Virus record (IMG/VR): IMGVR_UViG_3300031673_000016
DNA length: 64,000 nt
Source: an uncultured virus (IMG/VR IMGVR_UViG_3300031673_000016)
Lineage: Duplodnaviria > Heunggongvirae > Uroviricota > Caudoviricetes
Reading direction: 5' to 3' (one strand)
Shown here: in pieces, positions 27,979 to 39,400 of the stretch
Layout: each line of letters starts with the position of its first letter
Numbering within the stretch: position 1 is the stretch's first letter
Program-made: the position numbers and the translations under genes
Notes under the pieces: model-generated
The model's database searches: none
Told to the model about the DNA's origin: nothing
Seen by the model: only the letters and a program-made list of their open reading frames with translations

Positions 27979-30602
27979 TGCTCAACTCGATGGGAGCGGG
28001 CTTCGTCCTGAAGGCGTACGATTCGACGACGCCCGTGGTACGCCGCATTGGTGGCGCGTTCGGCTGGCTCCGGAGGCAGACCGGACGGATGGCCGGCGGG
28101 ATGAACAGTTCCCTAGGATCGATGGCGACAGGCTTCATGGCGCTCCACGCCGGTCTCGGAATCATCAAGCTGGCGAAGGCCGCGGGCGACGCGGCTGGGA
28201 AGTTCCAGCAGAACCTGGTCGGCGTAGGGCAGACGGCACGAGCGACAAAGGAAGAGATGGTGATGCTCCGGAAGTCGGCCATTGACGCCGCGTTGGCTAC
28301 GAAGTTCTCGCCAGACGAGGCTGTTGAGGGGCTCCGGACACTCGCAGCACAAGGCCTCCGCGCATCAGAAGCGGCGGCTGTTCTCGTACCGTCGCTCGAT
28401 CTCGCGACGGGTTCGCTCGGGCAGCTTGGAATCGCCGGTGCGGCTGACGCCGTCGTCGGGTCACTAAAGGCGATGGGCGTGGAGCTTTCTCATGCTGGTG
28501 AGTACACGGACAAGCTGCTGAAGATCACGCAGATGACCAACTTCCAAACCAGGGACTTCGAGGTAGCCCTTGGCAGGGCGACATCGAGCGCGAAGCTGTA
28601 CGGCCAGACGTTCGAGGATACGCTTATTACTCTCGGCTTGATTCGCAATATGAACATCGACGCGTCCGTGGCATCGACGTCGTTGCGCGAAGCGTGGCGG
28701 CGCCTGGCGTCCGACGAGAACGCGCAGCAGGCTGTAGCCGAGAGGGGCGTCGATATTTTCGATAAACAGACGGGGAAGATGCGCGACCTGTTCAGCGTGA
28801 TGATCGAACTCGGAGACAAGACGAAAGACCTGAACGACAAGGAACGAATGCGGATGGTAACCATTGCGTTCGGCGTGCGCGGTATGGCGACCTACAACGC
28901 GGTGCTGAACGCGACGTATACCGTGATGAAGGGCGGCGAGCCGATCATCCTCAGGGGACAGTCGGCGATTAACGCGATGCGGTACGAACTCTCGAGGGCC
29001 GGAGAGACCCTGACCGATGTTCAGAAGTCGGCGCTCGCCGCTGAGCTTGGGGTTGGCGATCTGAGCGACGTGATGAAGACATCAATCGGCGTGTCGAAGG
29101 AATTCCGAGACGCGCTCCTCGACACCTACGAGGGGCAGAAGCAGTTGATCCGTGGATCGTGGGAGACGCTGCTCGTCGTGATCGGCGAGGACTTCGCGAA
29201 GTCGATGAAGCCGTTTGCGAATGCGATCTTCGAAGCCGTCACGGCGATGGCTCTCTTTGTGAACTCGATGTCGCCGGAGGCGAAGCAGATGATCTTCAAG
29301 TTCGTCGTCGCCCTCGGCGCGCTCGTCACCATCGGCGGCGGACTGATGCTCCTGAGCGGCGTACTATCGATGCTCGGAGGATCGATCTTCGGCTTTGTCT
29401 TCTCCATCGGGAAGCTGGTCCTGATCGGCCTGCCGCTGGTCATGCTGCTGTCGGGGATGGGGATCGGCCTGAAGGCGCTCTCCGACGCGTTCAAGATCGG
29501 CGGGAAGAACGGGATGAGCTTCGAAAAGATCATCAAGAACGTCCGTCTCGCAGCGTCGGGGATGCTGTCCATCCTCCAGGGTGAGAGCTTCTCAGACGAA
29601 CTGAAGAGTGAATTCGAAAAGGCCGAGAACCAGGGCGTCGTGAAGTTCCTCGGGAAGTTCGAGCGGTGGCTCGAGCGGATCCGTACGTTCTGGACGGGGC
29701 TGAAGGCGGGTTTCGAGCAGGGCGTCGCGATGCTTGCGAAGTCGTCGGCGTTCAAGCGACTCCAGGACAAGATCGAGGGCATCGTGAAAATCTTTACCGG
29801 AGGCGATGCCGAGAACTCAAGCGAGGTTCTCGACGAGTGGCGGCGCCGAGGTGAATCTGCGGGCGTCGCGCTGACGCGCCTCGGAGAGTCCGCCGCCGGG
29901 GCTATCGAGAAGCTCATCGGCTTTGGGAAATCATTCGCGGAGTTCGTCGCGAACATCTCCGCAGAGGATGTCAAGGACGTCATTACGGGGTTTGTCGACG
30001 CCTTCAATGGTATCGGCAACGCGCTGAGCTTCGTGAAAACTGTCCTCGGCGGGATCTACTACTTCATCAAGATGGTAGTATCAGCAATCGCTGAACTGAT
30101 CTGGAACCTTGCCAGTCTCCCGGAGGATATCGTCGGCATGTTCTTTGGTGGTGGACCGCCGCGTATTGCAACGAAGGCGGGATGGTCAGCGACTACAGAC
30201 GCGGCAGGCGATCTCGGGAAAACATTCTCCGACCGCGCGGAGTACGAGGCGAAGCGCGAACAGGACGATAAGGAAGCCGCGTCACGCGAACGGAAGCGGG
30301 TTCGACTCCGCGATTTGGAACGGCGACGGGAGCAGATCGAGGAGTGGACGGGACAGACCGCAGAGGAGTTCCATGCCGGCGGAAAGAACAAGGGACGGAA
30401 GGCGTTCTCTGAAGCTGATGCCGCGATGCAGGTGAAATACCTGGAGGAACTCAAGAGCGTGAAGAAGCAACTGGAGAAGCTGACAGGTCAGCCCATCGTC
30501 GTGAATGTCAGCGGCGAGAAGCTTGCAGAGATCGTCGGCAAGCAGCCGTCGATGACCGGCGAGGATTCGCTCGATGATACCGCGGCTGTCGCGGCGTTCT
30601 AG
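27978..30602 (+). CDS. tail tape measure protein (TP901 family core)
   Basis: [30 protein letters not shown], central hydrophobic segments; 874 aa. Confidence 0.92.
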   Translation: MLNSMGAGFVLKAYDSTTPVVRRIGGAFGWLRRQTGRMAGGMNSSLGSMATGFMALHAGLGIIKLAKAAGDAAGKFQQNLVGVGQTARATKEEMVMLRKSAIDAALATKFSPDEAVEGLRTLAAQGLRASEAAAVLVPSLDLATGSLGQLGIAGAADAVVGSLKAMGVELSHAGEYTDKLLKITQMTNFQTRDFEVALGRATSSAKLYGQTFEDTLITLGLIRNMNIDASVASTSLREAWRRLASDENAQQAVAERGVDIFDKQTGKMRDLFSVMIELGDKTKDLNDKERMRMVTIAFGVRGMATYNAVLNATYTVMKGGEPIILRGQSAINAMRYELSRAGETLTDVQKSALAAELGVGDLSDVMKTSIGVSKEFRDALLDTYEGQKQLIRGSWETLLVVIGEDFAKSMKPFANAIFEAVTAMALFVNSMSPEAKQMIFKFVVALGALVTIGGGLMLLSGVLSMLGGSIFGFVFSIGKLVLIGLPLVMLLSGMGIGLKALSDAFKIGGKNGMSFEKIIKNVRLAASGMLSILQGESFSDELKSEFEKAENQGVVKFLGKFERWLERIRTFWTGLKAGFEQGVAMLAKSSAFKRLQDKIEGIVKIFTGGDAENSSEVLDEWRRRGESAGVALTRLGESAAGAIEKLIGFGKSFAEFVANISAEDVKDVITGFVDAFNGIGNALSFVKTVLGGIYYFIKMVVSAIAELIWNLASLPEDIVGMFFGGGPPRIATKAGWSATTDAAGDLGKTFSDRAEYEAKREQDDKEAASRERKRVRLRDLERRREQIEEWTGQTAEEFHAGGKNKGRKAFSEADAAMQVKYLEELKSVKKQLEKLTGQPIVVNVSGEKLAEIVGKQPSMTGEDSLDDTAAVAAF

Positions 30603-30610
30603 GAGATGTG

Positions 30611-31246
30611 ATGGGAAGCCCGGCCGTAAAGTCTGACCCGAACCTTGGAGCGAGCGCGGCGCAGCGCCCGAATACGGCAGCGCGCGGCTACGTCAAGAAC
30701 CTTCTCCTCGACGAGACCGGGAACCCGGACTATCCCGACATGATCACCTTCCCGTTCCGACCGACTCCGGTAAACGTCGAGACCTCGGTGAACGACGACA
30801 CGATGGACGTGATTGGGATGTCGCACGCATACGACGTCTACACGAACACGGCGAACGCTCAGGTGTCGTTCGAGATCTACCAGAACGCTTTGATGATGAT
30901 CAAAGAGACGACCTCCGAAGGTTTCAAGGAGGGCGGGAAATCGCTTCTGAACCAGATGTCGGCCGACATCGAGAAGCAGCGGCGGTTCCTCCAGGCGCTT
31001 CTCTACCCCGGCATCACGCCGGCTGGTGTCGTCGGCGCGTACCAGCCGGCGTGCATCCTGTGCCTCCCGGGCATCGTCACGATCCGATGCAAGCTGAAGT
31101 CGCTTGGCGAGGTTCACGAGCGCTGCGACATCAACGGCAACATCGTTGAACTCCGCCTGAGCGTATCGTTCAAGGAGGCACCGATGGCGCGCGTCTCGAT
31201 GGAGGACGTCCTGATGAACGGCATGTTCCGGACGTGGGGAGCGTGA
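30611..31246 (+). CDS. tail tube initiator / CIS tube-like protein
   Basis: FPFRPTPV, FLQALLYP, LSVSFKE; follows the tape measure. Confidence 0.65.
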   Translation: MGSPAVKSDPNLGASAAQRPNTAARGYVKNLLLDETGNPDYPDMITFPFRPTPVNVETSVNDDTMDVIGMSHAYDVYTNTANAQVSFEIYQNALMMIKETTSEGFKEGGKSLLNQMSADIEKQRRFLQALLYPGITPAGVVGAYQPACILCLPGIVTIRCKLKSLGEVHERCDINGNIVELRLSVSFKEAPMARVSMEDVLMNGMFRTWGA

Positions 31247-31581
31247 TGGACCAGAACAGCCGCTACAGGTTCTGCACGGTGCTCGGCGGGAACGGCGCGA
31301 CATCGTATCTCGACGAACGCGAACCGTTCCGTTTTCGCGACGAACCCGACAACCGATTTCACACGGCGCGCGATGGCGACACCTGGTGGGGCCTGGCATG
31401 GAAGTTCTTCGCGGGCTTTCCGAACAAGGCTCTGCTGTGGTGGCTGCTGTGCGAGTTCCAGCCGGAGGCTGTCGTCGACCCGACGATCAGGATCGAGGCC
31501 GGGAGGATCGTTGCGATTCCGAGCGAGCGGCTCATCCGTACGCAGGTCTTCAGCAGGGACAATCGTCGGTTCAGTAGCTAG
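31246..31581 (+). CDS. LysM-like baseplate protein (P2 gpX/T4 gp53-like)
   Basis: HTARDGDTWWGLAWKFF..LWWLL..IVAIP. Confidence 0.75.
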   Translation: MDQNSRYRFCTVLGGNGATSYLDEREPFRFRDEPDNRFHTARDGDTWWGLAWKFFAGFPNKALLWWLLCEFQPEAVVDPTIRIEAGRIVAIPSERLIRTQVFSRDNRRFSS

Positions 31582-31589
31582 GAGAGACG

Positions 31590-32987
31590 ATGCCGTTTGG
31601 AGGAGCACAGGTCATCATCCAGCTGGTCGACTTCGACGCGGGGGACGACTCCTTCTACGGCGACTATCTGCAGATGAACGAATTTCTTCAGACGCGCCTC
31701 CTGTCCTTCAAAGTGCACGACCGCGATAAGGGGAAGGACCGACTCGAGATGGCCTTCCGGAACGACGACTATGTGATGATCGAGTCGCCGGTCTTCGCGA
31801 AGGGCCAGAAGCTGCTCGTGACGTGGGGGTGGCCCGGCGAGATGGTCGTACCACGTCGGTTCATCATCCAGTCGGTAAAGGGTAGCGACCAGGTAATTGT
31901 TTCCGCTCACTGCCGACTGTCGCTGATGGATCGCGAGAAGAAATCACGCTGCGAGGAGGCTATCACGCACTCGGAGTTCGTGCGGAAAGTCGTCGAGGAG
32001 TACGGATACAGCGGGACGTTCCAGTGGGTCGAGGAAACGTCCGTCAGGTGCGACGTGACGCAGGCGAACGTGACCGACGCGCGCTTCATCAACAAGCTCG
32101 CGCGGAAGAACGGCTTTGTGTTCTACGAGGACGCGACAGGGATTCACTTTCACAAGAAGAACCTCCAGCAGGAGCCGGTTCGCTGGTTCATCTTCCGGCA
32201 GGACGAGGGGCGCGGCGACATCATCAGTGCGCCACGGTTCGACATCAACCTGAGTCGCGGCGTGGCGAAGGTGAAGGTGACGTACCGCGATCCGGTGACG
32301 AAGGAGTATGGGACTGTTGAAGCCGGTCCTGACGCGACCGAGATCGACAGTCTCGGCGAGGAATCCGAGATCGGCAACGCCGACGACGACAACCAGGGAC
32401 TTCGCGCCGCGAGGATGACGCGCGTCGATACTCGCTACGGCGGGATCATGACGCAGGAGGAGGCGCAGGTCGAAGCCGATGCCCGCTATTTCGAGACGGC
32501 GTCAGGACGCTACAAGATGGAAACGGAGATCATCGGAGACGCCCGCATCGGCGCGAAGCTGATCGTCGGCTTCGCCGGAATCGCGGACTCGCTCGATGGC
32601 CTCTACTACATCAGCGAGGCGGAGCACCTGGTCGCAGGAGGAAAGTGGACCATCGCACTAAAGTGCCGGAAGGACGCACTCAACAAGGTGAAGTTCGCCA
32701 AGTCAGCGAGGCGTCCGGCGAAAGCGAAGATCAATCCCGGTGTCGATGTGATCACCATCGAGGAGCAGGTGATTCGCGCCAATCAGAGTTCGCTCCACAA
32801 GGAGATCACGGTGACGACCGACGCCAACGGCAACGTCGTTCCGGCGTACCAGTTCACCGACGGCGAGTTCACGAGCGGTGCGCTTCAGGAGATGACGGCA
32901 GACGAGGTCCTCGCGCTGAACGACAAGACCCTCGAGAGCCTTTACCAACTGTCAGGACAGTCGGCTGAACCCGACTCGGCGATGTGA
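31590..32987 (+). CDS. baseplate hub (P2 gpD/Mu gp44-like)
   Basis: QANVTDARFINKLARKNGFVFY, GLYYISEAEH. Confidence 0.85.
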   Translation: MPFGGAQVIIQLVDFDAGDDSFYGDYLQMNEFLQTRLLSFKVHDRDKGKDRLEMAFRNDDYVMIESPVFAKGQKLLVTWGWPGEMVVPRRFIIQSVKGSDQVIVSAHCRLSLMDREKKSRCEEAITHSEFVRKVVEEYGYSGTFQWVEETSVRCDVTQANVTDARFINKLARKNGFVFYEDATGIHFHKKNLQQEPVRWFIFRQDEGRGDIISAPRFDINLSRGVAKVKVTYRDPVTKEYGTVEAGPDATEIDSLGEESEIGNADDDNQGLRAARMTRVDTRYGGIMTQEEAQVEADARYFETASGRYKMETEIIGDARIGAKLIVGFAGIADSLDGLYYISEAEHLVAGGKWTIALKCRKDALNKVKFAKSARRPAKAKINPGVDVITIEEQVIRANQSSLHKEITVTTDANGNVVPAYQFTDGEFTSGALQEMTADEVLALNDKTLESLYQLSGQSAEPDSAM

Positions 32988-32988
32988 G

Positions 32989-33600
32989 ATGGCTGGCGAC
33001 AACACAGGATTCGACGGCGACAGCTTCCACGGGAAGCGCCTCGATGGCCTCTACATGGGGCGCGTCGTGGATCGCGACGACCCGGACGGGAACGCGAGGA
33101 TTCGCGTCGAGATCCCTGGCATCATCGACGGCCAATCGGCGTGGGCCACTCCGAAGGGCGGCGGGTCACCGTTCGCGGGCTTCGTCCGCGTTCCGCCGCT
33201 CGAGGCCGACGTGTACGTACAGTTTCTCAACGGCGACCAGGAGCGACCTGTTTACGAACCGGCAGACTGGGGTGTGCGCGAAGGAGTTCGCGAACTCTTC
33301 CCCGAGTTCGAGGATCCTGACGTCATCGTCGCCGGCTTCGGTCCGTTTCGCCTGGTCATCGACCTTCGTGAGAACGCGGAGACAGACCAGGTCCCGAGCC
33401 TCACGCTAAAGATGGTGGCGGCCCTCGGCAACGATACCGAGACGGACACGGCGTGGATTCGGATGAGCGAGAACTCGATCCAGGTGCGCGCCGATTCGGC
33501 GGTTCAGGTGACGTCAGGCGGACTGACAGACCTGGACAGCGACGGCGATATCCAGGTGCGGAGGAGGAAGGTGATGCCCGCTTCCCGGCCGATCAGCTAG
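32989..33600 (+). CDS. baseplate spike (gpV/gp5 OB-fold)
   Basis: YMGRVVDRDDPDGNARIRVEIPG..WA..VPPLEADVYVQFLNGDQERPV. Confidence 0.88.
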   Translation: MAGDNTGFDGDSFHGKRLDGLYMGRVVDRDDPDGNARIRVEIPGIIDGQSAWATPKGGGSPFAGFVRVPPLEADVYVQFLNGDQERPVYEPADWGVREGVRELFPEFEDPDVIVAGFGPFRLVIDLRENAETDQVPSLTLKMVAALGNDTETDTAWIRMSENSIQVRADSAVQVTSGGLTDLDSDGDIQVRRRKVMPASRPIS

Positions 33601-33707
33601 GGAAGCCCAGGAGGCCGCCCAGTGGCCTGTCCTGGCGACGCGTCCGGAAGCACGGACGAAGGTAAGAAGACGGAAGCACGGCGCCTCCGAGGAGGCCAGG
33701 AGAAGGC

Positions 33708-34484
33708 ATGGAGTTCCCGCCCGCAGGATTGTGCATCCAGCTACCGGACATCCCGTCACTGGACGAAATCTGCTTCCCCGGCGGCTTCTGCCTGAGCTAC
33801 ATCTGGGACGCCATCGACAAGATTCCGCACCTCGCAGATATCTCGCTGGACTTCTTTTCGCAGATTGGCCCCGCGATGGCTCCGCTGGCCCCGTTCTTCA
33901 GCGTGCTCGACACGGTCCTCGCGATCTACAAGTGTGTTCAGGCGATCCCGAAGGCCATCACGGAGCTAGATCCGGCTGAACTCCTGAACTGCATGCCCGC
34001 GCTCGCCAAGCTCATCGACAAGCTCCTGAAGCTGATCCCCCAGCTGTCAATCCCGAAGATGGTGATCGCGATCATCAAGAACCTGGCCGCGCTGATCCGC
34101 GCCATCGCCGCCGATCTTCTCTACCTCCAGAGCCAGCTCCAGCGCATCGCCGACATGATCGACAGGGCAGCGAGCTTGAACGACGTGAAGATGAACGGCT
34201 TCCTCGTCTGCGCGCAGGACACGGTCGAGGGTTCAGTGATGTCGACGGCCGAGGCGCTGAAAGGAATCGGTCGCATCATCCTTCTGGTGAACATCTTTAT
34301 CGGGCTGTTTGGTGGAGAGGAGATCCCGTGCTTCGGTTCGCTCGTCTCCGACTACCTGGCAGAGGGCCTCGACGTTATCATCGACCTGCTGACGACGCTC
34401 GCAGACATCCTGCAGGAGCTCGCGGAAATGATACCGGATCCTGATTGGGCACTGACACTCGCAATGGGCGAACAGCAGTGCTAA
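33708..34484 (+). CDS. hypothetical helical hydrophobic protein in the baseplate module
   Basis: SD AGGAG; 258 aa, Leu/Ile/Cys-rich. Confidence 0.6.
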   Translation: MEFPPAGLCIQLPDIPSLDEICFPGGFCLSYIWDAIDKIPHLADISLDFFSQIGPAMAPLAPFFSVLDTVLAIYKCVQAIPKAITELDPAELLNCMPALAKLIDKLLKLIPQLSIPKMVIAIIKNLAALIRAIAADLLYLQSQLQRIADMIDRAASLNDVKMNGFLVCAQDTVEGSVMSTAEALKGIGRIILLVNIFIGLFGGEEIPCFGSLVSDYLAEGLDVIIDLLTTLADILQELAEMIPDPDWALTLAMGEQQC

Positions 34485-34495
34485 AGTGAGGTGAA

Positions 34496-34906
34496 ATGGC
34501 TCAGTCGCAAGAACAGTTCGGAAGAGGAATCGTGTGCCCGGTTCAGCGGGACGGAAAGGGCGACTTCGCAAACGACTCAGGAATGAACCTCCTGAAGTCG
34601 GACATCGGAGAGCTGCTCGGGATCATCGGTCCGTCGGCGCACGAGCCGGGAGAGCTTCCGTGGGATCCTGATCGCGGAAGCAGGATCGATTCGCTCCGAC
34701 ACCGGCACCTCCATACCGAGATGATGCGCGCGCTCGCCGAGCAGTACACGGCGACTCCGCTCAGGATCTACGAGAGGCGCGTCCGCGTCGGCCCCGTCAG
34801 GGTGTCTGCGAAGGACGAGCGGACGCTGCGCATCGAGGTCAGTTTCGCGCCGAAGTCGGCACAGATGGGCGAGCTCGAAACCGTGCCGCTCTATGTGGAG
34901 CAGTAA
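34496..34906 (+). CDS. baseplate wedge (gp25/gpW-like)
   Basis: GELPWDPDRGSRI..YERRVRV. Confidence 0.8.
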   Translation: MAQSQEQFGRGIVCPVQRDGKGDFANDSGMNLLKSDIGELLGIIGPSAHEPGELPWDPDRGSRIDSLRHRHLHTEMMRALAEQYTATPLRIYERRVRVGPVRVSAKDERTLRIEVSFAPKSAQMGELETVPLYVEQ

Positions 34907-34907
34907 G

Positions 34908-36443
34908 ATGACGACGACTATCCTGCCACCGAGCTACGACTACACCGATAAGGACTTCCTCTCGATCAGGGAACGCGTGTTCGACCTGATCAGATCCGTG
35001 TACCCGACCTGGTCTGACGAGGCTGTCGCTAACTTCGGGAATATCCTGGTCGAGTCGTTCTCCTGGATCCTCGACGTGCTGATGTTCTACCAGGACCAGC
35101 AGGCCCGAGAGGGTCGCATCGCCTTCGTCCAGCTCCGGCGAAACATGATCGGAATCTGCAAGCTGCTCGGGTACGAACTCGATCCGGCGGTCGCGGCGAC
35201 GACGGACGTGACGCTGACGATCTCGAATCCAGCCGCGCTCTCCGGGATCGTGACGCCGTCGACTACACCGGTTGTCGTCCAGACCGAGGAAGTCACTGAC
35301 CCGGTGAAGGGCGAGCTTCAGGGCACGATCAGCTTCAACCTCGGACTCGGCGAGATTTCGAAGACCTTCCCGTGGCAACACTCGATCACGCAGACGCCGT
35401 ATATCATCGCGTCGAAGAACCGGCCCGATCAGGAGATCATCCTTCCGTTCGGTCCGTTCCTGTGGAACTCGGATGAAATCTCGACGCCGACGCAGGGCGT
35501 GTTTACGCGAGTCGACTCGTTCTTCAATAGCGGACCGACCGATCTCCACTACCGCGTCCAGGTCGACCAGAACGACCGCGCCACGATTATTTTCGGAGAC
35601 GCTAAGAACGGCGCGCTCCCGGTCGGCTCGATTACGGCGAAGTACAAGACCGGCGGTGGGATCTACGGGAACCTCCCCGAGGCGGCGCTCGTCAAGGTGG
35701 TAGGGAAGTTCACCGACTCCTTCGGCCACACTGCGTACGTCACCGCGACGAACGCGAATGCGTCGACCGAAGGGACTCCGCGCGAGGAGGTCGAGGCGGC
35801 ACGGGTCAACGCCCCGGCGTCGACGCGGGTACTGAACAGGACCGTGGCGCGCGAGGACTTTGAGGTCAACGCGAAGCGCGTGCCTGGCGTCGGCCGGTCC
35901 TTGATGCTGACGAGCAACGAGACGTCTATTATCGGAGAAAACCGGGGGAAGCTGTTCGTCGTTCCAACGACCGGCGGCGTGCCGTCTTCGCTCCTGCTTC
36001 AGCAGGTCGTGGATATGCTGACGCTGCCGCCTCCGGACGGATACCCGCACACGCTGACGTTCCAGCTCGAGGTGCTTCCGCCCGTGTACAAGGAAGTGGA
36101 TATCGACGCGACGATCTGGCTGCGCGAGGGCTACGTCCCGAGCGCGGTGAAGGCGTCCATCGTGGCGGCGCTCGAGGACTACTTCGAGCCGATGCTAGCG
36201 AGCGGCGCGCCGAATCCCAACGTGGACTTCGGCTACTACTACAAGGACGACGAGGGGTCTCCGGCCGGCGAGATTCCGTGGTCGGATATTTTCAACGTGA
36301 TCCGCGACGTGACTGGCGTCAGGAAGCTCGAACACACGATGAAGCTGAACGGCGTCGTCGACGACGTGAACATTGCGAACTGGGAGTTCCCGGCCCTCGG
36401 GGATCTTGTAGTCATCAACGGCGACACTGCGGCGGCGATTTAG
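34908..36443 (+). CDS. baseplate J-like protein
   Basis: DYTDKDFLSI, FGDAKNGALP, YKTGGGIYGN, RTVAREDFE. Confidence 0.9.
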   Translation: MTTTILPPSYDYTDKDFLSIRERVFDLIRSVYPTWSDEAVANFGNILVESFSWILDVLMFYQDQQAREGRIAFVQLRRNMIGICKLLGYELDPAVAATTDVTLTISNPAALSGIVTPSTTPVVVQTEEVTDPVKGELQGTISFNLGLGEISKTFPWQHSITQTPYIIASKNRPDQEIILPFGPFLWNSDEISTPTQGVFTRVDSFFNSGPTDLHYRVQVDQNDRATIIFGDAKNGALPVGSITAKYKTGGGIYGNLPEAALVKVVGKFTDSFGHTAYVTATNANASTEGTPREEVEAARVNAPASTRVLNRTVAREDFEVNAKRVPGVGRSLMLTSNETSIIGENRGKLFVVPTTGGVPSSLLLQQVVDMLTLPPPDGYPHTLTFQLEVLPPVYKEVDIDATIWLREGYVPSAVKASIVAALEDYFEPMLASGAPNPNVDFGYYYKDDEGSPAGEIPWSDIFNVIRDVTGVRKLEHTMKLNGVVDDVNIANWEFPALGDLVVINGDTAAAI

Positions 36444-36452
36444 GAGCAGACG

Positions 36453-39400
36453 GTGGCGAGAGTCATCAATAGATGGGACCCCGCGCGGAACGTCGAGATG
36501 ATCGTCGCCGCGGCCGACGGACCACTCGTCATCGAATCCGGCGACGAACGGTGGAAGCTGTTCGCCAGAGAATGGATTCAGCCTGAGCTCTATGCCGGAG
36601 TGGATCTGATCGGATACCTCCGCGAGCTGACGGTGGAAGACGGAGCAGATCCGCTCCGTGGTCTCCGCGTCGCCGGTTCACAGTTCATGCCTGACGGGAT
36701 GACGTTCTTCGGTGCGGACCCTGCCGACGGCGAACCGCAGCCGGAGGACCTCGCTGATCCGTACAGCGGATCGGCGTACCACTACATCACCGCAGGCCAC
36801 CGGCTCGCGCTTCGCGGCTGGATCGGCGGATACTTGCCGGGCCATCTGAACGTCGAGTTTGAGGTCTGGTGGGGCGACGCCGAACAGCGAAACAACGCCG
36901 ACACTCGCGGAGCGTGGAGCGGCGCTGTTCTCGGAGTGTTCAACGCCCCGCTGGCGAGCTGCGATCATCTGCTGTACGCGCTCCACGGGAAGCGCCTCGG
37001 CGACGCTGCCTGGGAGTATCGAGGCGGATACGTTGACCAGCCTGGCGGCGCATTCGTACCGGCGTCGACCGTTGTCTCTCCATGGGACGGAGTCGATTCG
37101 GGACGCGTTCGGATCCTCATCACGGGCGGTTCTCCTACGTGGACGGTCACGACACAATACTGGGACCCAGGGATTCCCGACTGGGTCGACCTCGCATCGT
37201 CTGTCGTTGACCTCAGGGTGTACGCCGTACCTGGCTTCGAGGATCTGTTCGGTCTCAACGGATATCTTTTCCACGGCGCGACGAAGGTGTTTCCTGGCGC
37301 GATGCCGTCGCCGGAACCGGAACAGGAGACGTACTTCAGGCGCGTCTCGATCTCGCAATTCGAGCCGTGGATTCTCGACGCTGACGAGACGAACCTTCGC
37401 GAGGGAGTCCTTCGCATGTCACAAGTGCTCGGGATTCCGCTACCATACTGGCTCGCGCCTGTCGGTTCGCTGACGCCGTCTATCGACATCTTCCATTCTC
37501 CGTCAGGAACCCCGTCAGCTCCCGAGAAGCTCCGTACGCTGGATGATGGAGGTGGGTGGGGAATCGAGCTCAACCAGGACACCATCCTCGTGATGTTCGG
37601 CATCGAAGACAGAAAGATGGTGACGGTAACGCCGGCGACGGGGAAATATCGCCCCGTGTGTCTCTCGGATATCGACGCCGTCGGAGCGACGCTGCCGTTC
37701 TCGTACGTCGGACGCTACAAGCTGAAGGACATGGCGACGTGGGGAGACGAGCGATGCCTCGTGTCATTCGGAAACGCCGGATGGAGTCTCGTTCCGCCGG
37801 GTGGATTTAACGGCGGAGTCGGCCTGACCTGGCGAACGACGAACGGCGGCGAACTTGCCCTGAAGTATTGGGACGGAGTCGCCGCAGGATGGTTCGAGAT
37901 CGTCGCGCCGCTCCGTGTCGACGAGTACGACAACACGGTGGTCGACATCGCGATCTGCTGGACCGGCGACTTTGGAGCCATGGTTGGTCTTCCGGATCGT
38001 CAGCTGCGCATCGTCGTCGACGGCGTCACGAAGGGATCGGGTCTCGAGCCGTCGCTCGAAATCAGCAGCACGTTCTTCGCCTCAATCGGATCCGCAGACA
38101 CGACGACCGGGAGAAAGAGCTTCGCCGGGATCTGGTTCGGAGGCGCCACGTTTTACGAGCCGACGACGAACACGGATCTACTCCACGCCTTCGACGCCGA
38201 AGGCGAAGGCGGATTCTCAAATGCGAACTTCGAGATCCCGGCGACGTCCGGCAGACCTGGCGAGGCGAAGGACTGGGAGTGGCAGTCGTTCCAGAGCCTC
38301 GGTGGCTTCGCTGAGTTCTCGGCATACCGCGCCGCACTCGCGCCGTTCCGAATCGACCGCGAGGAATTCGAAGGCGGGTGGCGACGCGCTCCGACGTGGG
38401 TCTACGCCGACGCGACAGCACGACTCGCGGCGACGGGCTTCACGGCCGACGACGTCGGACAGGCGGCGCTGCAGCTAGACGTCGACCGCAACTTCATCCT
38501 GACCGACTACTCGCCGATCACCTGGGTCGAATCGGCTGTCGGAGAGAACCAGGACTGGGCGGACGACCTGGCAGATGTCGCGGTCGCCGCGGCATTATTC
38601 AACGAGGGGATCCCAGCCTTCGAGGGCACGGTCGAGCACTTCAATATCTGGGGCGAGACGTGGGATATGATGGTGTGGAGCGGCTATCCGTGGCTCGCGG
38701 GGTACAACCTCACGCCACCGTGCAGCGACACGTTCGGACCGTTCGGCGGCGCCACGGGATTTGACGGCTGGTTCGACCACGTTTTCGGCACGAACCTCGA
38801 CCCGCTCTGCGTCGAGTCCTTCGACGAGGCGTGGGGGAACGATCCGTTTTCTACCGCCGGAGGACAGCGATGGCAGCCGGACACGGCACCCGGCGGAAGG
38901 ATGCGCGGAGAGCTTCTGACGTTCCCCCTGTTCATCCCCGATAACGAGAACCGGCTCATCATCCTGACCGACGCGGCGATACCTGCGATGTTCCCCCTGC
39001 CGTCGCAGAATTACGCTAATATGGCAACCCTCCTGAGCGACCTGAACGGCCTTCTGGCCGCCCATCTCCCGGGCCTTGGCGTTGCCTTCGATTCTTGGAC
39101 GGACGGGGACAGGGACGGCCTCACGTTCGGCTGGGACGGTTCTGCGGCCACGGCCCTGTGGTTCGGCTTCGCGTCGCTTGAATCCGAGATGTTCAAGGAC
39201 GCCAGACAGAGGCTCGGACTGCGGTCCTTCAGTCCGACCGGGGGCTTCACCGGCGTCGGTATTCCTGGCTGGTTCTTCCCGTCGCTTCCGGCGGGCGTTG
39301 ATCCGGCCGACCGCTTCCTGCTCGATTCGTGGTCGAGCAACTCGATCTTCATCGTGACCGATTCCGTGCTCGGCCAGGTCGTCCTCGAGAATGACATGGT

